From a virus, in IMG/VR virus record IMGVR_UViG_3300022902_000077: a stretch of DNA of 23,717 nt; one strand, 5' to 3'. This document shows, piece after piece, positions 7,557 to 17,505 of this stretch. The translations under genes were made by a program, and so were the position numbers. The notes below the pieces were generated by a model, which was not told where the DNA came from, did not search any database, and saw only the letters and a list, made by a program, of their open reading frames with translations. Numbering within the stretch: the stretch's first letter is position 1; every line of letters begins with the position of its first letter.

Positions 7557-9029
7557 TTATCCTTTGAGTGATATTACATAGATTTTATAAGGAAATTGTT
7601 CAGAACTATAAATCTTTATTCTTTCTGAAAAATGGTTTAGTGTATAATTTTTCCTATCATTGTGAGTTAGATCGTCTGAAATATCATAAAGTCTCGCTGA
7701 ATCTTTAGTCTCTGACTTCCTCAACCCTCTACCTATTGACTGTAAATTTCTAATACGACTCTTAGAAGGAGAAGCGAAAACAATGTTATGAATGTTCCGA
7801 ATATTGATGCCGGTACTGTATACACCATAACTTGCACAGATAATAGCATCTTTTTCTTTTTCGACAAGTTCTCTGACTTTTTCTCTTGAATCTGCATCTG
7901 TTCCTCCATAAACAAAAAAGATTTTCCTAGAAGAATCAACAATTTCTTCTAGTATTGAATGTAGAATGTTACCGTGTTTCTCTATCAATTGAAATAGAAC
8001 TAATGTGTTTCCGCTCAGACTATTTACAAGATTACAAATATACTTGTTTCGTTCTGAATGACCCACTATGAAATCTATCTCTTCTTGATAGTTCATTTTT
8101 GATACAATGGCACGTTCCTTTTTATTATATTTTAAAATAAGACAATTTATATCAATCGATGATATAGTCTTGTTCTTGATAAGTTCTTTTGTAGTGGTTA
8201 TTTTCTTTATTGTACCGAATAACCCCTCTAATATTAATTTATGTACCTCTACTCCGTCTAGTGTTCCAGTAGTTCCAATTCGATAAGGAGTATTTTCCAG
8301 ATTTTTTAATATCTTAGTAAGAGAACGAGCTTTGTAAAGGTGTGCTTCATCTCCTATCACTAAACGAAAATCGCTGAAGAAATCTTTTTCCAGTTCATAA
8401 AGTGACTGCCACGTTGAAACAATAATTGGTTTGTCTGTCTGTTTTTCTTGACCACCATAAATCTTGTGGACGAAATTTTCGACCTCAAACGTATTGTCAG
8501 CCTTTGCATAGGCCTCAAAATCAGAATACATTTGACTCACCAGAGAAAGTGTTGGAACAATAACCAAAGCTTTTTCAGGTAAGTAGTATCGTATCAGATA
8601 GTAAATTATAAGAGATTTTCCCGATGCAGTTGGTGATAATAACACACACCTTTTTTTATCAATTGAGTGTCTGACTGCAAGACTTTGATAATCTCTTAGT
8701 TTATATTCACAAGGAAATGATGTAAGAAATTTAAAATAATCGTCATTGGAGATTGGTTCAAGAATCTCTCCTGTATTATCTATAAGTTCATATTCTCTGT
8801 CATCAGCAAATCTACTTATTTCTGGTTTGAGACCAGCATAAATTCGATTGCTATCCATATTGAAAAGGTAAACATATCCATCCCATTTTTTTCTTCTGAA
8901 CATGGGCATGAATTGATAACCATTTGGTCTGAATCGAAAATAGTGATTCAATTCCATTTTCACATGAGGCTCACAAATAAGTCTAACGAATACCTCAGTA
9001 TCCTTTTCCATCAATATCTGAGTGGTCAT
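7557..9029 (-). CDS. uvsW: UvsW DNA helicase (SF2)
   Basis: LRDYQ, SPTASGKS, GDEAH, GTTGT, QSIGRGLR. Start placed at ATG 9029 (ATGA overlap with the uvsY stop) rather than 9056. Confidence 0.96.
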   Translation of the reverse strand: MTTQILMEKDTEVFVRLICEPHVKMELNHYFRFRPNGYQFMPMFRRKKWDGYVYLFNMDSNRIYAGLKPEISRFADDREYELIDNTGEILEPISNDDYFKFLTSFPCEYKLRDYQSLAVRHSIDKKRCVLLSPTASGKSLIIYYLIRYYLPEKALVIVPTLSLVSQMYSDFEAYAKADNTFEVENFVHKIYGGQEKQTDKPIIVSTWQSLYELEKDFFSDFRLVIGDEAHLYKARSLTKILKNLENTPYRIGTTGTLDGVEVHKLILEGLFGTIKKITTTKELIKNKTISSIDINCLILKYNKKERAIVSKMNYQEEIDFIVGHSERNKYICNLVNSLSGNTLVLFQLIEKHGNILHSILEEIVDSSRKIFFVYGGTDADSREKVRELVEKEKDAIICASYGVYSTGINIRNIHNIVFASPSKSRIRNLQSIGRGLRKSETKDSARLYDISDDLTHNDRKNYTLNHFSERIKIYSSEQFPYKIYVISLKG

Positions 9030-9445
9030 CCAAGACCTGCAACAAATTTTCTCCAATTAATTGCATTATTAATATGAAAACTTCTATTCTCAATCATAGA
9101 AAGAACAGATTTCAGATACTCGACTTTACTTTTCTGTTCGTTCATAATCTTTTCAGCCTTCTGTAAGACCTCATCTGCTCCGACATAGTGGCGTTCTAAC
9201 TCTGTCTTCGATACTCTAATATTATGGTCTGGAGCCTTTCCGTTTTTAGAAATGACAACTTCCCATCGTTGTTGAAAAAGGACTTTCCAATGAGTTTCAA
9301 GATCACTCATTTTTCGTTTCTCTTTAGAATAGATGTCTAGATATTTTTGGTGTACATTGGGTATGTTTAGAGACTCATTATCCAAGTCTTTGTCATCAAT
9401 GTGAGCATCTTCTTCCCACATCAACATAATTTTTTCAAGTTCCAT
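9026..9445 (-). CDS. uvsY: UvsY recombination mediator
   Basis: Helical 139-aa protein (WEEDAHID...ESLNIPNVHQKY...RSFHINNAINWRKF) in the canonical position before uvsW. Confidence 0.9.
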   Translation of the reverse strand: MELEKIMLMWEEDAHIDDKDLDNESLNIPNVHQKYLDIYSKEKRKMSDLETHWKVLFQQRWEVVISKNGKAPDHNIRVSKTELERHYVGADEVLQKAEKIMNEQKSKVEYLKSVLSMIENRSFHINNAINWRKFVAGLG

Positions 9446-9449
9446 AATT

Positions 9450-9983
9450 TTAGTTATTCAATAAGTTTTTTATCTCATAGTTAGTGTAACGAAATGTTGC
9501 TGTAGCAGTAAAATATTCAACGTCAGTAGCAGCACTACTGAAATCTAAGGAAGATATTGATATAGGGAATGCTTCGTAGAAATGAAATTCCATTTGTGGA
9601 TTCATTGCACTTGTCAAAATAGATAAAACGATAGTGGATACTGTTCCACCTCTAGGGGTTAAATCTGACTTTCCTTGAAGTAATCTATATTTTTCGTGAC
9701 CTTCAGCCAAACCTAACGCAATACATCTATCATAAATTTCAATCCAATTTTTAAGATGTTCATCGACTATGAAGGTCACTGACAATTCCTCAAAGGAAAC
9801 GTTACCTCCAGCGTATGGTATATTTGCAAATGGTGTGACCAGATCAATTGCTTCGATAGAAACGCCTGGCACATTTACTGATTGACAAAACCAAGTAAGA
9901 TGTGGTGCATCCTCCATCGATAATCGAAAGCTGATGTTGGAAAGATAATTTAAATTGTCTGGTACTTTATTTGATGCTGACAT
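9450..9983 (-). CDS. gp3: gp3 tail tube terminator / tail completion protein
   Basis: NYLSNISFRL, FCQSVNVPGVS, F.ELSVTFIVDE.LKNW.EIY, F.EAFPISISSLDF; synteny between gp23 and uvsY. Confidence 0.88.
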   Translation of the reverse strand: MSASNKVPDNLNYLSNISFRLSMEDAPHLTWFCQSVNVPGVSIEAIDLVTPFANIPYAGGNVSFEELSVTFIVDEHLKNWIEIYDRCIALGLAEGHEKYRLLQGKSDLTPRGGTVSTIVLSILTSAMNPQMEFHFYEAFPISISSLDFSSAATDVEYFTATATFRYTNYEIKNLLNN

Positions 9984-10006
9984 AGATTCCTTTTCTTATT
10001 ATATTA

Positions 10007-10654
10007 CTATTTATGTAACATTTTTTCAAACTCAGGATATCCGATATCTTTACCAACAAACACAAAGCTGCAATTTGGAAACTCTTCTTCTATTTTTCTA
10101 TGTTGACCAATCCAATCTCGACTCTCTGAATCGGAAACATTCGTAGAAGAACTGAGATAAACACCAGAACTAGTTTGACTGTGGAAATAGTCATATCCCA
10201 CACAATAAAATGTTTCGTTTGGATTTTCCAGACAAGCTATTCTTAGAGCAACTGTTTCAGTAATCCAATCATCATATTCATTTCCCCACCAATCAATGTT
10301 TTTTGTCAAATCGTTAGAATCTATCCAGAGAAAATACATCACTCCTTCATGGGCAAATTGTATAAAATTTTCTGTAGTTGGTTCGTTCTCTGCAATTTTC
10401 ATTCTCTTATCCGTAGATTGTTTCATCATATCATAATGAAAACTTGGAATGAGAGTAAAATTCCTAAAATGACAAACGTGTTTTTTGGTGTATCCATTAG
10501 TGACAAGTTCGACAAGAATTTGGATATTTTCACTAATTAAATTGTCAGGAATGAATCTTTTGTGAATGTAATCACAACCGTATGTAGTATGATTTTTGAA
10601 GAGGTTTACATCAGAAATGGTTTTAGAATAACCATTACCTATCACTATCAACAT
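10007..10654 (-). CDS. Hypothetical protein, glycosyltransferase-like (DUF115/sialyltransferase-like) fold
   Basis: IVIGNGYS...TYGCD.I...F.PD.L and ALRIA...FYCVGYD echo the GNGPS/GCN/IGFD pattern, with degenerate positions. Confidence 0.5.
   Translation of the reverse strand: MLIVIGNGYSKTISDVNLFKNHTTYGCDYIHKRFIPDNLISENIQILVELVTNGYTKKHVCHFRNFTLIPSFHYDMMKQSTDKRMKIAENEPTTENFIQFAHEGVMYFLWIDSNDLTKNIDWWGNEYDDWITETVALRIACLENPNETFYCVGYDYFHSQTSSGVYLSSSTNVSDSESRDWIGQHRKIEEEFPNCSFVFVGKDIGYPEFEKMLHK
10008..10015 (-). promoter_or_regulatory. Near-consensus T4 late promoter (CATAAATA) upstream of gp3
   Basis: One mismatch to TATAAATA, 25 nt upstream of the gp3 ATG. Confidence 0.5.
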
Positions 10655-10683
10655 TTTATTCTCACAAGAAAATGACTACAAAC

Positions 10684-10716
10684 AAAAAAAGGGAGCAGAT
10701 TTCTCTACTCCCTTTT
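10684..10716 (-). terminator. Rho-independent terminator after gp23 (possibly bidirectional)
   Basis: - strand GGGAGTAGA-GAAA-TCTGCTCCC (9-bp stem with one G-U, GNRA loop) followed by T7; A4 on the other side. Confidence 0.92.
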
Positions 10717-10743
10717 GAAATCCTACTATATGTAGGGAACGAA

Positions 10744-12126
10744 TTACATCAAGTTTGAAATTGAAGCTTTTCTGTAATAAACGTTCAAGTGAGGATTCGA
10801 TGTCAAGTCACCAGTAATACGACCAGTTGAAGTAGCCGCATTTTCAGCAAATGGATTAGCAACTAAACCATAACGTGTCTTGAAAGCGATTTGTGGTTGA
10901 AAACTAGATGAATCAACTGCACGAACCATCTGAAGAGGAACGTAAGGACAGTAGAATACACCAGCATCCATAGGTGAATCACCCTTGTAACCAACACAAT
11001 AAAATTCTTGTGCGTGAGCATCGGCATAAGGATCAACATAAACTTTATATCGACCATTAAGAACACCAGCAAACGTAGAAGAAGATGTGTCTGAATTAAT
11101 GTCAGTACTCATTGCTGGAGCATAATCCAACATTCCTGCCATTTGAAGTGCGGAAGCAACATCTGAAGAGGTCATAAGGATATTTCCTTTTCCTCGACGT
11201 GTGTCTTTTCCAATCTGGTTAGCATCTTTTTCAATCTGCATCATCAGACCTTTGAATTTTTCAACCATCCAACGACCATTAGAATCGGTGTCAAGGTCAA
11301 AAATTCCAGCAGTTGTAGTTCCAATTTGAGCACCAACAGCAGCGTTGATGTAAATCTTCCGAATTACTTCTCGGTTGATCTCAACTAGAATTTCACTAGA
11401 TAGGATGTTAGCAAGTTCTGCTTCTGCATCCAATCCATGAACAGCACGTAAATCCTGTGCTAATTCCATAGAATACGAACCTTTGAGGGCACGTGTTCCT
11501 GCAGCGATGGAAATCTTCTCTATTGAGAAGGACATTTCACCAGCAATATTACCTTCACCACCGTCTGTTTCCAGAGCACTTGAAGCAGCAAATTCTGTTC
11601 CTGTTTGACCAGTTCCGTCAGCGGCCGTGATCAAAAGACCAGGCGTCTTGACTGTATCACCAGTATTAGCTGTTCCAGATTCACTTGCAACTGTATCAGC
11701 ATTAACACCAGGCATTTCAGCACCGGCCATTGTATTAACACGACTTTTGAGTGCGAAAATAAGACCTGTTGGTCCAGACATTGGTTGTACACCACAAACG
11801 TCATATGCAACTAACTGAGGCATAGCACGTCGAACCATTGAGATCAAAACTGGATCTGCAAAGTTGAACGCTGTTGTTTGTACTGGGTTTCCAGCAACAC
11901 CACCCAAAGATGGGTTAGTGGATGTCAAAGCGTTGATTGTTGTTGGTGTTGCTTCCGACAATAAACCAGATTGACCTTGCATTGCTTGATCTTGAACGTA
12001 TTGGTGTTCTGTGTTCTCAAGACACATAGCTGTAACGGCACGTTTGTGACTATCCGTGATCTTAGGAAGATCTGGATGATCCAAAACTGGAGCCCACTTT
12101 TCAGATAAATTTTGTTCTAGTTTCAT
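10744..12126 (-). CDS. gp23: Major capsid protein gp23
   Basis: KWAPVLDH, DPVLISMVRRAMP, CGVQPMSGPTGLIFA, ELAQDLRAVHGLDAEAELANILSSEI..EINRE, YCPYVPLQM, FKTRYG. Confidence 0.98.
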   Translation of the reverse strand: MKLEQNLSEKWAPVLDHPDLPKITDSHKRAVTAMCLENTEHQYVQDQAMQGQSGLLSEATPTTINALTSTNPSLGGVAGNPVQTTAFNFADPVLISMVRRAMPQLVAYDVCGVQPMSGPTGLIFALKSRVNTMAGAEMPGVNADTVASESGTANTGDTVKTPGLLITAADGTGQTGTEFAASSALETDGGEGNIAGEMSFSIEKISIAAGTRALKGSYSMELAQDLRAVHGLDAEAELANILSSEILVEINREVIRKIYINAAVGAQIGTTTAGIFDLDTDSNGRWMVEKFKGLMMQIEKDANQIGKDTRRGKGNILMTSSDVASALQMAGMLDYAPAMSTDINSDTSSSTFAGVLNGRYKVYVDPYADAHAQEFYCVGYKGDSPMDAGVFYCPYVPLQMVRAVDSSSFQPQIAFKTRYGLVANPFAENAATSTGRITGDLTSNPHLNVYYRKASISNLM

Positions 12127-12172
12127 ATTATTTAACTCCTATAATATGGATTAAAAAAATTGTAATATTTAA

Positions 12173-13249
12173 TTACCGAGCAATAGCTTTACTATATGCT
12201 TCCATGATGTTGTTCATCTTAACAGGAGTTTCCTCTTGTTCTTCTGAACTAACACTGTCTTCACTAATAACTTCATCCTTTTTAACTTGACTAGGAAAAT
12301 AACTTTCCTTAATCTGTTTTACTTTACTTTCAAAATCTTCGACATCGCCTTCTTCCATTGAAACACCTTCTGTAAGTTCTTTCAATTTTTCGGATTGTGT
12401 ATCAGCAAGGTCATTGCTAATTTCTTCGACAATCTTATTTTTGCGATATTCGTTAAGTTCGTTTGTAACTTTAACGTTCTCTTCGATTTTGCCATTTAAT
12501 TTGGTTTCTAATTCCTCAACGCGGTCAAATAAGTTCTCAACCATGTCTACTTTTTCTTCTGGAACTTCGATGTAATGTTCTTGAAATAGACCTTTCAATC
12601 CACCAATGAACTCTTCTGTAATTTCACTTCTAAGTGAACTATCGAGGGAAAGTTCGTTTTCTTTCATCCACTCTTCAACAACATAGTTCAAGTATCCGTC
12701 AACTTTTTCTGTCAACTCATCCCTAAAGGAAATGATTTCTTCTTGAAGATTCTTAGAATATTCTTCTTCCAGTTCTTCGGTCTTCTTTGTTACCGTTTCC
12801 ATAACTTTCTGATAAACAGCGGCTTCAAAAATTGTAGATGCTTTAGACTTAAACTCTTCAGAAAGTTCTTCACCTTGAACAAGTGCTTCGATGTCTTCTT
12901 TGACATTGATTTCTGGAAGGTCAGATGCTTTTATCTTCTTTTTCTTTTTACCGACTTCATCTTTTTCGTTGTCAGAATCAGTTGGGGTTGGTCCACCTAA
13001 ATCTTCTGCTTCAGCAACATCCATTAAAGATTTCCACTTAGCGGTGACTTCTTCTTTTTTCATACCATTAACAGCATCAAAAAGAGCTTTAATCATTCCC
13101 GATTTAGTAGAAGGCATTTTGACTTCTTCTATTTTTTCTTCTTGAACTTCTTCTTCTTGAACTTCTTCTTCTGGAGTTTCAACAAGTTCATCCTGTTGTT
13201 CTACTTCTTCCAGAACTTCATCTTGGTTTGTAATTTCTTCGTTACTCAT
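12173..13249 (-). CDS. gp22: Prohead core scaffold protein gp22
   Basis: Very acidic coiled coil; LSEEFKSKASTIFEAAV, YLNYVVEEW; between gp21 and gp23. Confidence 0.93.
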   Translation of the reverse strand: MSNEEITNQDEVLEEVEQQDELVETPEEEVQEEEVQEEKIEEVKMPSTKSGMIKALFDAVNGMKKEEVTAKWKSLMDVAEAEDLGGPTPTDSDNEKDEVGKKKKKIKASDLPEINVKEDIEALVQGEELSEEFKSKASTIFEAAVYQKVMETVTKKTEELEEEYSKNLQEEIISFRDELTEKVDGYLNYVVEEWMKENELSLDSSLRSEITEEFIGGLKGLFQEHYIEVPEEKVDMVENLFDRVEELETKLNGKIEENVKVTNELNEYRKNKIVEEISNDLADTQSEKLKELTEGVSMEEGDVEDFESKVKQIKESYFPSQVKKDEVISEDSVSSEEQEETPVKMNNIMEAYSKAIAR

Positions 13250-13291
13250 TTGAAAACTCCTAAAAATTTATAGTAAATTGGTTCGTGTTAA

Positions 13292-13299
13292 TATTTATA
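13292..13299 (-). promoter_or_regulatory. T4 late promoter TATAAATA upstream of gp22
   Basis: Exact consensus, intergenic, 43 nt before the gp22 start. Confidence 0.8.
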
Positions 13300-13303
13300 A
13301 TAA

Positions 13304-13960
13304 TCATAAATTAGACATTAATTTGGTGAATTCTCTCAACTTAATTTCTTCAAGTTGTTTTGAAGGAGCTGCTTCAATAATTTTCTTCGCTCTTTCTATA
13401 TCTTGTTCCTTTAGTAATCCATTATCCCAAACCCATTCTTTACCTTCCATAATACCTTCAACGAAAGCATTTGGAGCGGATGGATCAGCAACAATGTCTG
13501 CAGCGGTTGCAAGATAAAAATCGCTTTGAACGATTTGTGCTTTGTCTTTTGATTCTGATTTCAAAGTTCCCATTCCCCTTGAGGAAACACCCAACTTGCA
13601 ACCTTCATCAATAAAACTCTTTACTATTTTTCCATTTGGTGTATCGAGTATTTTTGCTCGACCAACAAAGTTAGACCCCTCTTTTACCAAAGAAGTAATC
13701 ATATGAGAAGCACGATCCAAATTAACAGTAGGACCGTCAGGATGACCTAACTCTCCAAATGCACGTTTTGGTTCAACGTATTCTTTCACATAACGTTTTA
13801 CTTCTTTTTCTAGAACGCCCAAAGGATATATTCTTCCGTTTTTATTTTTCGTTTCCGATTGCATAAAAATACCTTCGATAAAATACTGCTTAGGTTTATC
13901 GGAACTTGCTTCAACTAGTTCATAATCCACGGCTTCTTGTAACTCGCAAATTAATTTCAT
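13304..13960 (-). CDS. gp21: Prohead protease gp21
   Basis: IEGIFMQ..KNKNGRIYP, GELGHP, LGVSSRGMG, D.VADPSAPNAFV. Confidence 0.97.
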   Translation of the reverse strand: MKLICELQEAVDYELVEASSDKPKQYFIEGIFMQSETKNKNGRIYPLGVLEKEVKRYVKEYVEPKRAFGELGHPDGPTVNLDRASHMITSLVKEGSNFVGRAKILDTPNGKIVKSFIDEGCKLGVSSRGMGTLKSESKDKAQIVQSDFYLATAADIVADPSAPNAFVEGIMEGKEWVWDNGLLKEQDIERAKKIIEAAPSKQLEEIKLREFTKLMSNL

Positions 13961-13966
13961 TTTGAC

Positions 13967-14287
13967 CTACCCTTTGTTATTAAATGCAAAATCTAAGACT
14001 TTCATGAATGATTTTGTATCTTTGTTCATGTTGTCTTGTGTTTTTTTCTTATTACTACTATTTAGTGAATCGAATGTCTTCAGAATAGTTTTTGCTGAAT
14101 CTGCATCAATTGGTACAGATGTTCCAGATTTGAAAGTTATATTCGATTCTTTTTTCTTTTTTACTATACTTCTTAGTTGGTCTATAACATCTTCACCCAA
14201 AGGTTTTTTTGACCGTATTACCTCTTCTACTTTTTTCTCGGTTACAGGAAAACCTATTGATTTTCTAAACTCTTTAAACGATTTCAT
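13967..14287 (-). CDS. Basic putative internal head protein
   Basis: N-terminal MKSFKEF resembles the T4 capsid-targeting sequence (MKTYQEF); located in the head-core cluster. Confidence 0.55.
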   Translation of the reverse strand: MKSFKEFRKSIGFPVTEKKVEEVIRSKKPLGEDVIDQLRSIVKKKKESNITFKSGTSVPIDADSAKTILKTFDSLNSSNKKKTQDNMNKDTKSFMKVLDFAFNNKG

Positions 14288-14553
14288 TATATACCAGCTG
14301 ACGCTACTACTGTGTAAGTACCATTTGTTACATTTGCTAGTATAAATTGGTCAGGATCTTTATTAATTACTGTTACTGACGCCGCAGGTAAAGTAATAGA
14401 ACCCTGAACCGTTCCGCCCGTTCCTCCTTCAGTTCCATCATTTTCAACTACTGAAATGATTGAAACAGCTGAGCAATAAACTGCAACAGATGTTGCTTTA
14501 CCCAAACTTAATTCGGTGGCAGTTGTGGCAGTTTTTGCTGCTAATAGTTTCAT
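14287..14553 (-). CDS. Small beta-rich virion protein (hypothetical)
   Basis: Ala/Thr/Val/Gly-rich 88 aa; coupled by overlaps to both neighbours; resembles ORFs found between gp67 and gp21 in marine T4-like phages. Confidence 0.65.
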   Translation of the reverse strand: MKLLAAKTATTATELSLGKATSVAVYCSAVSIISVVENDGTEGGTGGTVQGSITLPAASVTVINKDPDQFILANVTNGTYTVVASAGI

Positions 14554-14771
14554 TGTGTCTCCATTGGTTGTGCTTCTACTTCTGGTTGAATTTCTATTTT
14601 ATCCTGAAACATACTAGCAGAAACTTCTTGTTTTCTTGTTGCTAAAGAATTCATTACTTTATCTGCTATGATTGAATCAAAAGCATCGTTTACTTTTATT
14701 GGTTGTGAATTCATCGCAAAATCTACAATGTCTACAGCTTTAAATTCTTTTTGTGCTGGTTGTTCTGCCAT
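14550..14771 (-). CDS. gp67-like prohead core protein
   Basis: 73 aa, immediately downstream of the portal as gp67 is in T4; own late promoter and GGAG RBS. Confidence 0.6.
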   Translation of the reverse strand: MAEQPAQKEFKAVDIVDFAMNSQPIKVNDAFDSIIADKVMNSLATRKQEVSASMFQDKIEIQPEVEAQPMETQ

Positions 14772-14799
14772 TTTTTATCTCCAAAAAATTATCTATTAA

Positions 14800-14807
14800 T
14801 ATTTATA
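14800..14807 (-). promoter_or_regulatory. T4 late promoter TATAAATA
   Basis: Exact consensus between the portal stop and the gp67-like start. Confidence 0.8.
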
Positions 14808-14822
14808 AACATTATTTACACT

Positions 14823-16322
14823 TTAAACATCATCAATGGTCATATCACCATCAAAATCACCCTCTTTTTTCTCTTTTTCTATCTGTACATCTTCGGTTCT
14901 TATTTCTTCTTCTGACTGTCTTAGAATGTTCTTTCTAAAATATTCTCTAGAATAATAATTACCGACATATTCTTCCATGTTTCTGGCAAGATCAACTCTT
15001 TGGGTCATTGTTTCTTGTTGTTTGAATTCTGTATAGTAATGATCCTTTTCAAACTTATAATGAACTTTGTCTCTTATTTGTGACCATTCTTCAGAAGTTA
15101 TTATGTTCTTCAGTAACAATTGTTTTTCTAGTATTTCACCGAAAAGCATTGAAAATCTTGTTTGTAATTTACCAATAAACTTACTGAAAAGAAGCTCGTC
15201 CCTAGTAATCTCGCTTTCTCTCCCCAAAGAGAAACCAGAGTCAGCCTCTAGTCGAGATACAGGAACGTGCATTGCCTTGTACATTTTCTTTTGAAAGTAT
15301 TCTACATCCTCTAATTGACCTAGATTTTCTCCGCCTGGAAGAGTAGTAATCTCTGTTCCTCTACCACCTTCTCTACGAGGCAACCAATAATCTTCCAACA
15401 TTGATTGGTGTCGTCTGTCGTCTTTGACTTCACCAGTAGTTGAATCATAAACCAGTTTATTTTTATATCGTGTCATGATGTCACGAATATATTGTTCTGC
15501 TTTTAATTTAGGTAGATTACCAACATCAATATAGAAAATCCTTCGTTCAGGTGCTCGTGAGATACGATAGATGACAATAGCATCTTCTACCATTCGGAGT
15601 TGATTGAGTGGTTTGATTGCTTTGTGGAGATAGGATAATACACCAGTTTTTGTAGGATTGAGTAAACCAGAAGTAGAGTATGCGATACTATCACCTGAAA
15701 TTAGTATACCATCAGAAGTTCTATTTCCCAATCCAGATTCATTATAATTGAACATTGAATTGACACTTACTTCTTTTTTCTTTGGGTCAGCTGTATCTTT
15801 TTGATTGATCTGTTTTACTTTTTTGATTTTTGTAGCATCTAGACTACGGAGTTCAACAATTCCAAGATTTGGATTGTTCTCATCAATCATAATATGATAG
15901 TATAATTTACCTTCTACATACCATCTACGAAAAATATCGTAACCAAAATTATTAAAATTCAACAAATCCAATACTGTATTGAATTCATTAATTACTTTTT
16001 TCTTGATTCCATCAGATAGATTTGTTTTGTCAAGGATAATATCAACAGGATTTCGTGTATCATCTATTACAATTGATTCGTTGATAATATTGTCTATTGC
16101 TATTTCGCAATCAGAAGTTTGAGCCATTTCACGATATTTTAGGATCAGTTCAATTTCGGTTTTATACTGACCATCTAAATCTAGAGAGGTTCCGTAAGCA
16201 CCAGCTCCAGATACCATCATGGAACCATCGTCATTTTCCGGCATAGTAAATGCTGGAATACTTGCGTTTGCTGCTCCTTGATTCTTTCTTTCAATTTTGA
16301 AACCAAATATTTCAAAAGCCAT
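14823..16322 (-). CDS. gp20: Portal protein gp20
   Basis: FRRWYVEGKLYYH, SYLHKAIKPLNQLRMVEDAIVIYRISRAPERRIFYIDVGNLPK, EDYWLPRREGGRGTEITTLPGG. Confidence 0.98.
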   Translation of the reverse strand: MAFEIFGFKIERKNQGAANASIPAFTMPENDDGSMMVSGAGAYGTSLDLDGQYKTEIELILKYREMAQTSDCEIAIDNIINESIVIDDTRNPVDIILDKTNLSDGIKKKVINEFNTVLDLLNFNNFGYDIFRRWYVEGKLYYHIMIDENNPNLGIVELRSLDATKIKKVKQINQKDTADPKKKEVSVNSMFNYNESGLGNRTSDGILISGDSIAYSTSGLLNPTKTGVLSYLHKAIKPLNQLRMVEDAIVIYRISRAPERRIFYIDVGNLPKLKAEQYIRDIMTRYKNKLVYDSTTGEVKDDRRHQSMLEDYWLPRREGGRGTEITTLPGGENLGQLEDVEYFQKKMYKAMHVPVSRLEADSGFSLGRESEITRDELLFSKFIGKLQTRFSMLFGEILEKQLLLKNIITSEEWSQIRDKVHYKFEKDHYYTEFKQQETMTQRVDLARNMEEYVGNYYSREYFRKNILRQSEEEIRTEDVQIEKEKKEGDFDGDMTIDDV

Positions 16323-16345
16323 AATTTATTCTCCTAATATAATGT

Positions 16346-16924
16346 TTATTCATCTGTTTCATCTCCACCAAGAACGTCTTTTCGATCCCAATGATCATAT
16401 GCCCAATTACAAGTATAAGTTTCTATTGCACTAGACTCCCAACTAAGAGGAATGCTAGATATTGAAGTTGGAAACGCACCTCTAAAATAATAGGTTTGTA
16501 ATGACTTCCCATTTTTACTATACTGAGTTACATTTAAATCTGTTTTGTAATCAGCATTAGTGCCTTCGTTGACTGCAGATGTTCCTACTATATCGATATC
16601 TCTAGTATTTAGGTCAGGTTTTGACACTAAATTTATCCATCTTTCAAGATTTTTTCGTATATCAAAATTTTCATCGTTGATAATTGTAGTTTCCCACGCG
16701 TCAAAAGTTCTATCGGATGCAACTTTTAGTGCTTTTCCATGATAGAATATGTCGTATGTTGTAAGTGTAGATGCGGGAATAGATGAGGCTGAAATTAGGA
16801 ATTTATATTTGTCACTACCGACTACCGATAGAGCGGAGGGGAAGTTAAGATTAACATTAAAAAGGGATGATCGTGCACCACCCCCTGTTAGATTTGATTT
16901 GAATTCTGAGATTCCGAAAGCCAT
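16346..16924 (-). CDS. gp19: Tail tube protein gp19 paralog 3
   Basis: SEFKSNLTGGGARSSLF, ASSIPAS, YHGKALKVASDRTFDAW.TT.IND, FP..I..I.LSWE, W.YD.W. Confidence 0.88.
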   Translation of the reverse strand: MAFGISEFKSNLTGGGARSSLFNVNLNFPSALSVVGSDKYKFLISASSIPASTLTTYDIFYHGKALKVASDRTFDAWETTIINDENFDIRKNLERWINLVSKPDLNTRDIDIVGTSAVNEGTNADYKTDLNVTQYSKNGKSLQTYYFRGAFPTSISSIPLSWESSAIETYTCNWAYDHWDRKDVLGGDETDE

Positions 16925-16944
16925 TCATTTATCTATTTCTATGA

Positions 16945-17490
16945 TTAGTTTGATGACCATGTATCAAAGCACCATTCTACTGAATACTCTTCTATACCGT
17001 CAGTTTCCCACGAAAGAGCAATCTCCCCAAGATTTGTAGGCCAAATATTATTAATGGTGTAACTTTGACCATCTTCACCGTCTTTGTTTACCTGAGTGAC
17101 GGTAGCTTGTCCCTCGAAATATGCTCCATCTACAGTTGCATAAGGACCATAATCCGTATTTCTTTCGCCGTCAAGTTGACCAGAAATTGTTCTCATCCAT
17201 TCCATGATCTTATTTCTCATAGAAAAGTCATCATCATTAATTATAGTAGTCGTCCAGTTATCAAAAGTTCTAAATCCAGCATATTTAATTGGTCTTCCAA
17301 CATAGTTTACAGGAAGAGCAGCAATAGTTGAGCCTGGAATCTGTGCAGATTTAACTAGTATAGTTTCGTTGTTTTTAAAAGATAACGAACCATCAACCGA
17401 ATTATCTATTTTTACTTTAAATAAATTAGGTCTTGCGCCCCCGCCGTTTGAAGCAATGTTAGATTTAAATTGTGAAACTGCAAATGCCAT
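16945..17490 (-). CDS. gp19: Tail tube protein gp19 paralog 2
   Basis: SQFKSNI..GGGARPNLF, SAQIPGS, YVGRPIKYAGFRTFDNW.TT.IND, WPTNLGEIALSWE. Confidence 0.9.
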   Translation of the reverse strand: MAFAVSQFKSNIASNGGGARPNLFKVKIDNSVDGSLSFKNNETILVKSAQIPGSTIAALPVNYVGRPIKYAGFRTFDNWTTTIINDDDFSMRNKIMEWMRTISGQLDGERNTDYGPYATVDGAYFEGQATVTQVNKDGEDGQSYTINNIWPTNLGEIALSWETDGIEEYSVEWCFDTWSSN

Positions 17491-17505
17491 ATTTTTCCTT
17501 TTAAA

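Noticed and set aside
7557-9056. Longer uvsW start (MEKICCRSW) and gp47 start at 6471
   Set aside because: ATGA stop/start overlaps at 9029 and 6465 fit translational coupling and the expected N-termini better.
13130-13200. Short TTCTTC repeats in gp22
   Set aside because: They encode the acidic EEVQE low-complexity N-terminus of the scaffold; not a CRISPR array or mobile repeat.
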